Source: a virus (Duplodnaviria; Caudoviricetes). Taken from it: DNA of 59,721 nt. Below, piece by piece: positions 29,818 through 39,398 of this stretch. The notes beneath the pieces are model-generated. The model did not search any database, was not told where the DNA came from, and saw only the letters and a list, made by a program, of their open reading frames with translations. Every line of letters starts with the position of its first letter. The first letter of the stretch is position 1. The position numbers and the translations under genes were made by a program. The stretch spans positions 1 through 59,721 of the IMG/VR virus record IMGVR_UViG_3300037459_000161. One strand, 5' to 3'.

Positions 29818-30350
29818 TCGTCTTTGATACCGAAACAACAGGTTTAATCAAACCTGAAGATTGTTCGATTCACTTGCAACCACATATTACAGAATTTTCT
29901 GGGTTGCAAGTGGATGACAATTTTTTCATACAAAATCAAGTTGATACTTTCGTAAAACCTCCAATACCAATTCCAGATTTTTGCACTCGTTTAAATGGCA
30001 TAAGCGACGAAACTGTTGCTGATGCTCCAGATTTTTTAGATATTTATCCACAATTAGTTGCTTTGTTTTTAGGCGAAACAACTGTAGTAGGACATAATGT
30101 AACTTTTGATTTAGGTGTTCTGTATTTCGAGTTAAAAAGACACGATTTAGAATTTAAATTTCCTTGGCCTCAAAAATGGATTTGCACCGTCGAGAAATCT
30201 ATGCCGATAGAAGGCCATAGATTGACACTGAGCAGACTTTATCAAATTGCCACTGGCAATACCCACGAAGGCGCCCATCGTGCAAAGCAAGACGTTAGAG
30301 CAACGCTAACATGCTATCAATTTCTTCTTAGAAAAGGTTTGATTACTTGA
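29814..30350 (+). CDS. DEDDh 3'-5' exonuclease (DnaQ/epsilon-like)
   Basis: FDTETTGL, GHNVTFD, AHRAKQDV. Confidence 0.92.
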   Translation: MIVFDTETTGLIKPEDCSIHLQPHITEFSGLQVDDNFFIQNQVDTFVKPPIPIPDFCTRLNGISDETVADAPDFLDIYPQLVALFLGETTVVGHNVTFDLGVLYFELKRHDLEFKFPWPQKWICTVEKSMPIEGHRLTLSRLYQIATGNTHEGAHRAKQDVRATLTCYQFLLRKGLIT

Positions 30351-33193
30351 TTCATCTAGCTCTTAGAACTGAATTTAGTTTTAAGAGTTGTTATGGATTT
30401 CTTGATAAACTAACAGAGTTTGCCGACGAAAATTCTGCTTTAGGAATTGCCGATAATAACAGTACGTTCGGCCATATTAAACATCATAAGAATTGCAGAG
30501 AAAAAGGAATCAAACCTATTCTCGGCGTTCGATTAATGGTATGCAATGAATTCATTGAGAAAAAGAAAACTTGGGGACCAATTTACATTTTTATTGCTAG
30601 AAATAGCATCGGGCTTTCTGAGTTGTATGGTTTGGTTACTAAAGCTTATAGCCAATTTTATTACCACCCACGAATCTGTCAAGAGGATCTTAAAAAAGTT
30701 TCGTCTAATATAATTGTTATTGCAAACACATTCAACACATCAAATAGAGTTGATTTTGTTGGTATAGACCAAACAACACCAGATGTTATTGCAACCTGGG
30801 AAGGAATTAGAAAAGTTGCAATCTGTTTAAACTGGTATCCAAAATTCGACGATAGAGGCGTTTACGAATTATTTGTTGGCGACAAATTAATGGAAGCGCA
30901 AACTTACCCACAATTCATCATGAATGAAAGACAATGGATTCATAATTGTGGTGTTGGTAATAAAACATTAATCGCAATTTCTAACACTGAATTAATTGCT
31001 AGTATGTGTGAAAATTATGATTTGCCACAAGCAACGTTAATCAAATACACTGGCAAAGTAAACAGTCTAAGAGAGCTTTGCTACATCGGCGCGCGTGAAA
31101 GGGGAATGAGTTTAAACGGTGCTTATAAAGGAAGATTAGATAGAGAATTAAGCATAATCAACTCGAAAGGGTTTGCAGATTATTTTCTAGTTGTTTCTCA
31201 AATGGTTTCAGAAGCAAAAAAGAAAATGCTAGTTGGTCCGTCTCGCGGATCTTCAGCAGGCTCTTTAGTTTGTTATCTAATCGGAATCACAGAAGTAGAT
31301 CCAATCAAGTTTGATTTATTGTTTGAACGTTTTGTTGATTTAAATCGTTCTGATTTACCAGATATCGACGTAGATTTTCCAGACACAAAAAGAAAGAAAG
31401 TCATTGACGAACTTATAAAACAATATGGTGAAGATCATGTTTCACACATTGCAACTGTATCAACAAAGAAACCTAGATCAGCAATTGCAGATTTTGCTTC
31501 TGGTTTAGGAATTGCACAGTATGAAACAGAAGAAGTTAAAGATGCTGTTTTGACTGGCTTTGCTGGTGATATTCGAGAAAACAGACGGATAGAAGATACT
31601 TTTGAAACGACAATTGTAGGACGAGAGTTTTTAGAAAAGTATCCTGAAATGGAACTTGTTACACGCATTGAAGGCCATTCAAGTCACGCAGGGGTACACG
31701 CAGCGGGAGTAATTGTGTGTAATGAACCTGTATCTACCTATGGTTCAATTAATGCGCGTGTAGGCGCGTTACAGATGGATCATAAAGACACAGCAAATGT
31801 TGGTCTGTTAAAAATAGATTGCTTAGGATTAAAAACTCTTTCTATTCTTGAAGAAGTTGCAACACAAATCAAGATGCCATTTAAAGATTTTTATTCGTTA
31901 CCTCTCAACGATAAAAAAACATTAGACATTTTCAATGCAATGCGTCTATCTGGAATTTTCCAATTTCAAGGACCAGCATTACAATTTATTACTAGAAAAA
32001 TGGGAGTTAGATCTTTTGATGATATTTGTGCAATTACTGCTTTAGGTCGTCCTGGTCCAATGAAAAGTGGTGGCACAAATTTATTTATTGACAGAGTAAC
32101 TGGAGCAAAAACAGTTGAATATTTGTCAGATCATCCTGCTATTAAAAAATATACTGAAGCAACATTTGGTGTAATTGTTTATCAAGAGCAATTAATGCAA
32201 ATTGCGCGCGAATACGCAGGAATGAGTTGGGAAAAAGTTAGTGAACTTAGACGTGCAATTAGTAAATCAAAAGGCGAAGAATTTCTTGCAGTTTTCAAAG
32301 AAGAATTTATCGACGGTGCAGTAAATAATGGTGCTGAATTACAAGAAGCAAATCATATTTGGGAAAACATAGTTACTTTTGGTGCATACGGATTTAACAA
32401 AAGTCATGCTTATGGATATGGTTTGATTTCTTATTGGACAGCCTATTGTAAAGCGCATTATCCAATGGAATTTGCAGTTGCAAACTTAAATCATGCTACC
32501 AAGGAGCAATCACTTAGACTTTTAAGAGATATGGTCAAGTTTGACAATATCGAATATACTGCTTTTGATCCAGATGAATCACTTGAAAATTGGTCTGTAG
32601 TTGATGGTAAACTTTTAGGTGGTTTATGCAGCTTGAAAGGCATTGCACACAAAAAAGCAAAAGACATTTTAGATTGTCGAGCAGGAAGAAAGAAATATAC
32701 AACTTCGATATTTAAAACTCTAGCTAATCCTGAAAGTGTTTTTCAAATTCTATTTCCTTGTTATCATTGGTGGGGTTGTTTTTTTAATGAACCAAATTCA
32801 TTTGGTTTAGAAAATGCTCCTGTAGAAATTCAAGATGTTAATGGATTAGGTCAATTTTTATTCATTGGAAAAATGACAGAACGAACTTTAAGAGATATGA
32901 ATGATGTTCAATCTATTGCTAAACGTGGTGGACAAATTGTATCAGAAAATAGTTTATTCCTAAGAATGAAAGTTGAAGATGATACTGATATAATCCCAAT
33001 CATAATTAACAGATTCAAATTCGAGAATATAGGTAGAGAAATTCTTGAAACAGGCAAAGTTGGGCATGATTGGTATTTGATTAAAGGTGAAATTATAAGT
33101 GATTGGAGATGTGTTTACGTCGAGGAAATTCTTAACTTGAATGTATGGGCAAAACCAGAAGAGTTTGGTCCAGATTACGAACCCCGAGCATAG
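30347..33193 (+). CDS. dnaE: DNA polymerase III alpha subunit (family C)
   Basis: PHP-like N-terminus, RGSSAGSLV, FERF, PDIDVDF, HAAGV, KIDCLGL, VYQEQ, YGFNKSHA. Confidence 0.95.
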   Translation: MIHLALRTEFSFKSCYGFLDKLTEFADENSALGIADNNSTFGHIKHHKNCREKGIKPILGVRLMVCNEFIEKKKTWGPIYIFIARNSIGLSELYGLVTKAYSQFYYHPRICQEDLKKVSSNIIVIANTFNTSNRVDFVGIDQTTPDVIATWEGIRKVAICLNWYPKFDDRGVYELFVGDKLMEAQTYPQFIMNERQWIHNCGVGNKTLIAISNTELIASMCENYDLPQATLIKYTGKVNSLRELCYIGARERGMSLNGAYKGRLDRELSIINSKGFADYFLVVSQMVSEAKKKMLVGPSRGSSAGSLVCYLIGITEVDPIKFDLLFERFVDLNRSDLPDIDVDFPDTKRKKVIDELIKQYGEDHVSHIATVSTKKPRSAIADFASGLGIAQYETEEVKDAVLTGFAGDIRENRRIEDTFETTIVGREFLEKYPEMELVTRIEGHSSHAGVHAAGVIVCNEPVSTYGSINARVGALQMDHKDTANVGLLKIDCLGLKTLSILEEVATQIKMPFKDFYSLPLNDKKTLDIFNAMRLSGIFQFQGPALQFITRKMGVRSFDDICAITALGRPGPMKSGGTNLFIDRVTGAKTVEYLSDHPAIKKYTEATFGVIVYQEQLMQIAREYAGMSWEKVSELRRAISKSKGEEFLAVFKEEFIDGAVNNGAELQEANHIWENIVTFGAYGFNKSHAYGYGLISYWTAYCKAHYPMEFAVANLNHATKEQSLRLLRDMVKFDNIEYTAFDPDESLENWSVVDGKLLGGLCSLKGIAHKKAKDILDCRAGRKKYTTSIFKTLANPESVFQILFPCYHWWGCFFNEPNSFGLENAPVEIQDVNGLGQFLFIGKMTERTLRDMNDVQSIAKRGGQIVSENSLFLRMKVEDDTDIIPIIINRFKFENIGREILETGKVGHDWYLIKGEIISDWRCVYVEEILNLNVWAKPEEFGPDYEPRA

Positions 33194-33259
33194 TTGCCCG
33201 TCTCAACTACACTCGGGGCGACTACATACACGCCCCTCAGTATGTATGCAGTCTAAAAA

Positions 33260-33691
33260 TTAATTCCTATCTGATTTTGCCCATGCTTGTTTAAACGTCT
33301 CACCTTGACGATCAATAATATGTCCTTTATCCCAAGAAATTGGAATTGCTAAATCACATGCAATTGCAATCTTTTTCAAACGTTCCCAAGGCCAATTTTC
33401 ATCCCAATTACTACGTCCAGGAAATCTTATTTGGCGTTTAAATGCAACATCAATTGCGCGTGCGCATGGATTTCCATTTTCTCTAATATTATGCCAACCT
33501 TCCTTGATTTTTGTTACAGGATCTCTATTAAGTTGTACTGTTCTACCTATCGCATACAACTTCAATTGCTTTGCAAGTGAATCATAAGTTCTAACGATGA
33601 AAAGAGGATAACCAAATTGCGCCATTGCAACTTCAACAACTTCATATCTAAATTTTGTTGCAAAATTTAAATCTTCTTTTCTTTTACTCAT
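33260..33691 (-). CDS. Endolysin, peptidase M15 family
   Basis: Q..LYAIGRT, VT....WHN, AIDV, WD.GH. Confidence 0.75.
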   Translation of the reverse strand: MSKRKEDLNFATKFRYEVVEVAMAQFGYPLFIVRTYDSLAKQLKLYAIGRTVQLNRDPVTKIKEGWHNIRENGNPCARAIDVAFKRQIRFPGRSNWDENWPWERLKKIAIACDLAIPISWDKGHIIDRQGETFKQAWAKSDRN

Positions 33692-34041
33692 TCAACATGC
33701 TCCAATTTTGAATCTTCTACATCAGGACGCTTAATGTGTTCAGTTACTCCTGCTGCTTTTAATAATGCATTTAATTTATCTTGTGTCCAACTAGAATCAG
33801 CCTTCAATCCTCTTACTTGTTCATCCAATACAACTTGATTTCTTGCAGATATTACTTGTGCTTTCTTAATGATTGCTATCTCTTCATCATTAGCAGATAC
33901 AGTAGCAGCTAACAAAGGTATTCCAATAATTGCACCAAGAAATGATGCAATACCTAAAGCTAGAACAGTTTGTACAATCCAACCTAAATCAATTTTCTGT
34001 GTACCATCTCCATTATCTTGAATACAAGGCTTCCTAGACAT
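33688..34041 (-). CDS. Membrane-anchored coiled-coil protein (holin- or spanin-like)
   Basis: Hydrophobic segment followed by a coiled coil; adjacent to the endolysin. Confidence 0.45.
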   Translation of the reverse strand: MSRKPCIQDNGDGTQKIDLGWIVQTVLALGIASFLGAIIGIPLLAATVSANDEEIAIIKKAQVISARNQVVLDEQVRGLKADSSWTQDKLNALLKAAGVTEHIKRPDVEDSKLEHVE

Positions 34042-34052
34042 TTTATTAATCC

Positions 34053-34502
34053 TTAACTAGAAGATCCATTTGATAAAAAGAATTTATCTGCAACAACATC
34101 AAAACGCATATATGCGTCGCGCGCAGTTGATAAAACATCAGCACTTAAAGTACTGCCAGCTTCATCAACTATAGTTTTATCACCTAAAGTATTTACATTT
34201 ACAACAGAAGCTCCAGTATTATTATTATTTGGACGCATTCTAACAATCATACCTTCCTTATAAGCAGTTGGGCCTTGAATTCCTGATACTGGTACAGCGT
34301 CGTAATCATCTGCTGATCCTGAGCATACATAAAATGTACTACAAGCAGCATACATATTAATTGCTTCGCCCAACTGATCTAAATTACCAGATGTTAGAGC
34401 TTCGCCAAAAGCAACCATTACATTTTGAATTTCTTGCGGAAGTTGATTCCATTCTGCTGCTGTAATCAAACTACCAGTTGATTTTCCAGTTAAATCTTCC
34501 AT
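34053..34502 (-). CDS. Short tail-fibre paralogue (N-terminal anchor only)
   Basis: Closely similar to the first ~145 aa of 34502-35761. Confidence 0.75.
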   Translation of the reverse strand: MEDLTGKSTGSLITAAEWNQLPQEIQNVMVAFGEALTSGNLDQLGEAINMYAACSTFYVCSGSADDYDAVPVSGIQGPTAYKEGMIVRMRPNNNNTGASVVNVNTLGDKTIVDEAGSTLSADVLSTARDAYMRFDVVADKFFLSNGSSS

Positions 34503-35761
34503 TACGGCCCCTTTGGTGCGAAAGGATCAAACCACCCTGTTATTGCAACATCTAACGCTGTCCAATCAGTATTAAAATTTGAATAATAAAATGATTGTAC
34601 CCCAGGATTAAGTACTGGCAAAATTCCATTTGTATGAACTTCTGATGCAACATCATTATCATCAGCTATTAGCATGAATTGCATGTCATTAGTTCTTACA
34701 TTATTAAACCAATTAAAAGGGGTTTGTATAATATCAAGATTATCTTTTGCAGAAAAACCAACAACTGTAGTTACTCCTATTACACCCTTCCCATATACAG
34801 CTAAAGATATTTTAGTTGCAACTTCAGGAACTTTTGTTGTTACAAGTATTAAACCTGTATCTGCTGCTGTATCAATATCATGATGTAAAACATCTTCACG
34901 ATCATTTATTACATGACACCACCCATCTCCAGGCCAATAATATTCGTGTAAAAATTTATCAGATTTTAGTACATATGAACCTACACATTTCCAAGTAGTA
35001 TTTGTAGGATGATATCCAATTTTATTTCCACCATCATTAGGAGCCCAAATAATAGGACCAGTAACTGATACGTGTTTTGTTAAAACACTAGAAACATTTT
35101 CAAGATACATATAATATGGAGTATTTGCAACTGTTACACCAGTATCTAAATCAACACTTATATCAAAATCTATTGCTGCACTTTGTTTTAAAACTATTCC
35201 ATCAATATTAACTACAATATTTCCACCAATACCGGCAGAAAGTCTAATTTTATTAGCACCAGTTTCAATTAAACTTCCAATATACAAATTTGGACTACTT
35301 AAATTATCTATTGCACCAGAAGATGCTTGCGACAGTCTAAATTTTCCAAGTGAAGTATCATAACGCATTAAAGAGTCACGAGTTATATCTAAATCATCAG
35401 CAACTAAAACATCACCATTATCTCTAACAATAGTTTTTATACCCTTACCATTTACATTAATAGTTGATCCAGAAGTGTTATTTATATTTGGGCGTACACG
35501 AACAATCATTCCATCTTTATAATTTGTTGGCCCCTGCACTCCTGTAATTATGGTTGCTATATATGCATTTACTGGTCCAGTACAGGTATAAAATTGACTA
35601 ACTGCTGAATATAAAGCTATAGCTTCGCCAAGCTGATCCAAATTACCAGCAGATAAAACTTCACCAAATGTAGTAATAACATTTTGAACTTCTTGTGGTA
35701 ATTGATTCCATTCAGCAGCAGATAATGTACCACCGGGAGATTTTCCAGTTAGTAATTGCAT
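34502..35761 (-). CDS. Tail fibre / receptor-binding protein
   Basis: Position after the baseplate genes; AAEWNQLPQE...LDQL; NNT..STINVNGKG.K.I fibre repeat. Confidence 0.75.
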   Translation of the reverse strand: MQLLTGKSPGGTLSAAEWNQLPQEVQNVITTFGEVLSAGNLDQLGEAIALYSAVSQFYTCTGPVNAYIATIITGVQGPTNYKDGMIVRVRPNINNTSGSTINVNGKGIKTIVRDNGDVLVADDLDITRDSLMRYDTSLGKFRLSQASSGAIDNLSSPNLYIGSLIETGANKIRLSAGIGGNIVVNIDGIVLKQSAAIDFDISVDLDTGVTVANTPYYMYLENVSSVLTKHVSVTGPIIWAPNDGGNKIGYHPTNTTWKCVGSYVLKSDKFLHEYYWPGDGWCHVINDREDVLHHDIDTAADTGLILVTTKVPEVATKISLAVYGKGVIGVTTVVGFSAKDNLDIIQTPFNWFNNVRTNDMQFMLIADDNDVASEVHTNGILPVLNPGVQSFYYSNFNTDWTALDVAITGWFDPFAPKGP

Positions 35762-35773
35762 TTTTTCTCCTAG

Positions 35774-36382
35774 TTAAATTGGATCTTCAAAAACTACATC
35801 AACATTCGCTGGCTTTACTTTATCAAATATACAAAGAACAATTCCTAATGTTTTTGTTCCAAATGTTAATGGAAATGTATATATAAAAGTTTCACCTATA
35901 ATTGTTAATGGCCTAACAATTATTGTAAATCTTGCAATTTTTTCGGTTGCATATATTTTAATTGGTAATTCATATGGAAATGTTCCATGTACAGCGCCAC
36001 TTTCAACAGTTACAACTAAACCAAATTTAGCTGCTAATGTAATAAAATCAGAATCAGTTTGAATACCTAATGAAGCTAATTTAACAACAATAGCTAATCT
36101 TCTTTCTATATCAGTTCCACTCCCATCAAAACAACTATCTGGTATCCCAACTGCTTTTTCCCACTCATCTATAAAGTGTTCTGTTTCATCTGGTACAATA
36201 TCAATTCTAAATTTTGAAATTAAAAAATCTGCTTGTAACAATTCATTTGCAAAAGCAAGAAGTAAATTCCTTATATTTGTTCCAGTAACTTTTGCAGCAC
36301 CAAATACTGAACCACCGGGTAAATAATTTGCAATTGTTAATGCTTGTTGCGATTTAGTTAAGACAACAGGTATTTTAATCAT
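35774..36382 (-). CDS. Baseplate wedge protein, Mu gp48 / DUF2313-like
   Basis: YLPGG, IDEWEKAVGIPDSC, ERR, KPA. Confidence 0.82.
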   Translation of the reverse strand: MIKIPVVLTKSQQALTIANYLPGGSVFGAAKVTGTNIRNLLLAFANELLQADFLISKFRIDIVPDETEHFIDEWEKAVGIPDSCFDGSGTDIERRLAIVVKLASLGIQTDSDFITLAAKFGLVVTVESGAVHGTFPYELPIKIYATEKIARFTIIVRPLTIIGETFIYTFPLTFGTKTLGIVLCIFDKVKPANVDVVFEDPI

Positions 36383-37698
36383 GTGTAAGTTATATTCCCA
36401 AGTTTACCAATCTCTGCTGCAAGAATTGTTATATCTCCAGACGGAGAACTAAGTGTAAAACTATCAATATCAACACCATTAACATCAATTGTATTAAATA
36501 TTCCAGCGTTATAAGCCTCTTTAACAATAGTTATATCAACATCAACTCTTTCAGCATAAAATTGTTTCAAACTAGCAGCAATTGCAGTACGCATAGCTAT
36601 TGAATCTGGAGAAATTGCAGAAAAAACATAATTAGTTATAACTGCATTAGGTGCTAAAACAATTGCATCAAGTGTATCTGTATTTGCTGGCTTAATAGAA
36701 TCAACTGCTTCTTTTACAGTTGCAATTTCAGATACACTAGGGATTGGATCGTCATCATTATCTCTCATAAAATAAATTGTAACTTGACCGACACCAGGAG
36801 TAATTTCTTGTACAAAAACACGAGTAACACCACCAACACCTAAAACAATTGCTTCAATTTCAGCAACATTAAAATGTGCAATTGGATTTTGAATTCTATT
36901 TAAAAGTCTAAATCTTATACTCTCATCTACTTCTATATCTGCTCCATTACCTAATTCACCAAAATCAACACTAACTGTATTATCAACATCAGTTATCGGA
37001 CTTTCTAAATCAAGAATAGTATCAAAAAGTTGATTTTTATTTTTACCAAAATCATCTGAAGCAATTGCAATAGAAACAGAAGTAAATGCTAGTAAAATAG
37101 TTCCTGTTGCTGGTGTTGCTGGAGTACCTGTAACTGTAAATGTTAATTTTTTTGCACTAGTAACTGTGCAAGTTGCGCCTGTAACATTATATTCTGTTTC
37201 AACTGCGCCAGTAACAGTAATCTTGATATTAGATGCAATAAAATGATCGTTATCAGTTGTTAAAGTTGCAATACTCCCTGCTCTAGTAATAGATGCAACA
37301 GTTAAAGATTGTAAAACAATTACTCCATCTTCAATAGCTGAATATCTTTTACCATCACTTGAAACCCATGTTGTTAATGTCTCAGAATCTTTTGAAATTA
37401 AACCACCAGCAATACCAGAAACAGCAACATTACCAGTTGAAATTGTTGCTGCATTTTGTGTAATATTCCAAATTGCTGCCCATTGCTTTAAATTCAAAAC
37501 TGCTGTATCTGGAATTGCTTCTAAAAATGCTTGTTTTAAAGCAAAGTAAAGATCATAAACTCTATTTGCAAAAGCAGTTGCAAAAGCACCTACCCAACTG
37601 TTTTTCAAAAAAGGATTACTATCAGGTAATTCTCTTTGAATATCAACTTTAACTCTTTGAACAACTTCTGTAGAGTTTTCGGCTACATTTAATGCCAT
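36379..37698 (-). CDS. Baseplate J-like protein (Mu gp47) with an inserted domain
   Basis: IPDTA, GADIE.DE..R.RLL.RIQNP, GVTRVFV, GVGQVTIY. Confidence 0.88.
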   Translation of the reverse strand: MALNVAENSTEVVQRVKVDIQRELPDSNPFLKNSWVGAFATAFANRVYDLYFALKQAFLEAIPDTAVLNLKQWAAIWNITQNAATISTGNVAVSGIAGGLISKDSETLTTWVSSDGKRYSAIEDGVIVLQSLTVASITRAGSIATLTTDNDHFIASNIKITVTGAVETEYNVTGATCTVTSAKKLTFTVTGTPATPATGTILLAFTSVSIAIASDDFGKNKNQLFDTILDLESPITDVDNTVSVDFGELGNGADIEVDESIRFRLLNRIQNPIAHFNVAEIEAIVLGVGGVTRVFVQEITPGVGQVTIYFMRDNDDDPIPSVSEIATVKEAVDSIKPANTDTLDAIVLAPNAVITNYVFSAISPDSIAMRTAIAASLKQFYAERVDVDITIVKEAYNAGIFNTIDVNGVDIDSFTLSSPSGDITILAAEIGKLGNITYT

Positions 37699-38810
37699 TA
37701 CGCTACCGCCCCATTTATTGTTCCAGTTTGGATATACGTTATTGTGTGTCCGTTAAGTTTAATTGCATCACCTTTTACACCACCTAAACCACCACCACCC
37801 CCACCACCACCTTGACCATTTCCAAAAACTGCCCCTCCATCTCCACCAATAGCACCAGACCCACCACCACCACCACCACCACCACCACCACCAGAAATTG
37901 TGTCATAATTTATTAATGATATATCATGATCTAACTCTATTGCGTACCCACCTTTTATTCCATTTGTTGCTGCAATTTCAGAAGTTGGGCCTGAAGAATC
38001 ACCAAAAACACCTAATCCTCCAACTGTTAATGTACCAGGATTTCCATTTTTTTGATTATTAAAAGAAGTTCCACCAGAACCAAATGGAGCACCACCTCCA
38101 CCTCCACCTCCAAAACTTCCACTTGGTTGTTCTCTACCAGAACCACCAGAACCACCAGTGCCAGCTAACAAACCATGATTAACTAATGTTATCGTAGTAT
38201 CAGGATGCCAAGGACCACCAGTGTAAATTGTTCCTTTAGTTTGTGTATCATTATAAATCCATAAAATATCAAGTGGATGAGTTGGTTGATCCAAAAAATT
38301 AAATAAATTTTGCTCACCAACAATTTCAACTTTTGCATAATTTGGTAAATCAGGGCATTTAACTGCTGTATTATTCCAAAGTGTATAATGGCGTGGGTCA
38401 ACTCTTGAATTTGGTCGTCTAACTATCATTTCAAGATCTACACCATCTGCAATACTAGTAACAACTAGATTATCAATTGAAACAGCAAATTTATCATCAA
38501 CCATCCATATCAAAGATTCACGTAATGCATTTTGCAAACCATTTTTTTCTGTTTGTCTAAGTCTTGATTGTTGAAATAACCAAAGATGCGAACCAATTTC
38601 AAAATTTGGTGTCGCTTCATTACCAATCCAACCTCTACGTTGACTAGAATCAGGAATTTGAGATTTAGTTGCTCTTTTTTCAGCAAAAATACTAACTAAA
38701 ATAGCTGTATCAAAGAAATCCTGGGAAAGAAAATCTCCATTTGAATCAAATTGTATATCATACAAACCACTATCAAGTCTGTTTAAACACAAATCAATTT
38801 TTGCTGTCAT
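37698..38810 (-). CDS. Mu gp46-like baseplate protein fused to a glycine-rich domain
   Basis: TAILVSIFAEKRA, RRGWIG, IGSHLWL, ESLIWMVDD; then poly-Gly runs. Confidence 0.8.
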   Translation of the reverse strand: MTAKIDLCLNRLDSGLYDIQFDSNGDFLSQDFFDTAILVSIFAEKRATKSQIPDSSQRRGWIGNEATPNFEIGSHLWLFQQSRLRQTEKNGLQNALRESLIWMVDDKFAVSIDNLVVTSIADGVDLEMIVRRPNSRVDPRHYTLWNNTAVKCPDLPNYAKVEIVGEQNLFNFLDQPTHPLDILWIYNDTQTKGTIYTGGPWHPDTTITLVNHGLLAGTGGSGGSGREQPSGSFGGGGGGGAPFGSGGTSFNNQKNGNPGTLTVGGLGVFGDSSGPTSEIAATNGIKGGYAIELDHDISLINYDTISGGGGGGGGGGGSGAIGGDGGAVFGNGQGGGGGGGGLGGVKGDAIKLNGHTITYIQTGTINGAVA

Positions 38811-38819
38811 TATCTAGCC

Positions 38820-39398
38820 TCACGTTGGCACACTAGTTTCAACTTGAGTATCAGCATTAGAGTCTGCACCTTGCGCGTGCGTGTGTAGATTCAGACTCTT
38901 ACCAGTTCCACTAACAACGTCTGCTGCTCCTGTTATTTTTCCTGTAAGATCTATAACAGTTCCATTTATATCTGTGATTCCAACTAAATTTATGTTTACA
39001 GCGGTAATATCAACATTTGCTTTTGCATTAACAGATACATCTTTTTGTGAATCAACAGCAATTGTTCCATCCTCTTTCCAATGAACAAAACTTTTTGTTA
39101 AAGGATTAAAAACCAATACCTCACCTTCTTTTAACGGTGTTGGTAGCAAAGAATCAAGTCTTTCTTCTGGGCTACCAGGAATAAAAACCCTACTTTCTGG
39201 ATTTCCACCAACTACAAACATTAATCCTAAAGCTGATTTTCCTGGGTTAGCATGAAAACCCCAAGGATACCAAGCAACACCATCTGCTGTTTTACCAAAA
39301 TAACTAATTTGGTGAATAGGATATTTTTTATCATCGTCACTTAAAGAAGTTAGAACACAATATCTAACTACATTTTTTATCATTTGAATAATATTCAT
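38820..39398 (-). CDS. Baseplate spike (Mu gp45-like)
   Basis: PWGFHANP, LKEGEV, C-terminal SLNLHTH. Confidence 0.85.
   Translation of the reverse strand: MNIIQMIKNVVRYCVLTSLSDDDKKYPIHQISYFGKTADGVAWYPWGFHANPGKSALGLMFVVGGNPESRVFIPGSPEERLDSLLPTPLKEGEVLVFNPLTKSFVHWKEDGTIAVDSQKDVSVNAKANVDITAVNINLVGITDINGTVIDLTGKITGAADVVSGTGKSLNLHTHAQGADSNADTQVETSVPT

Noticed and set aside
30347-33193. Intein, intron or stop-codon recoding
   Set aside because: Core genes are uninterrupted and of normal length under the standard code
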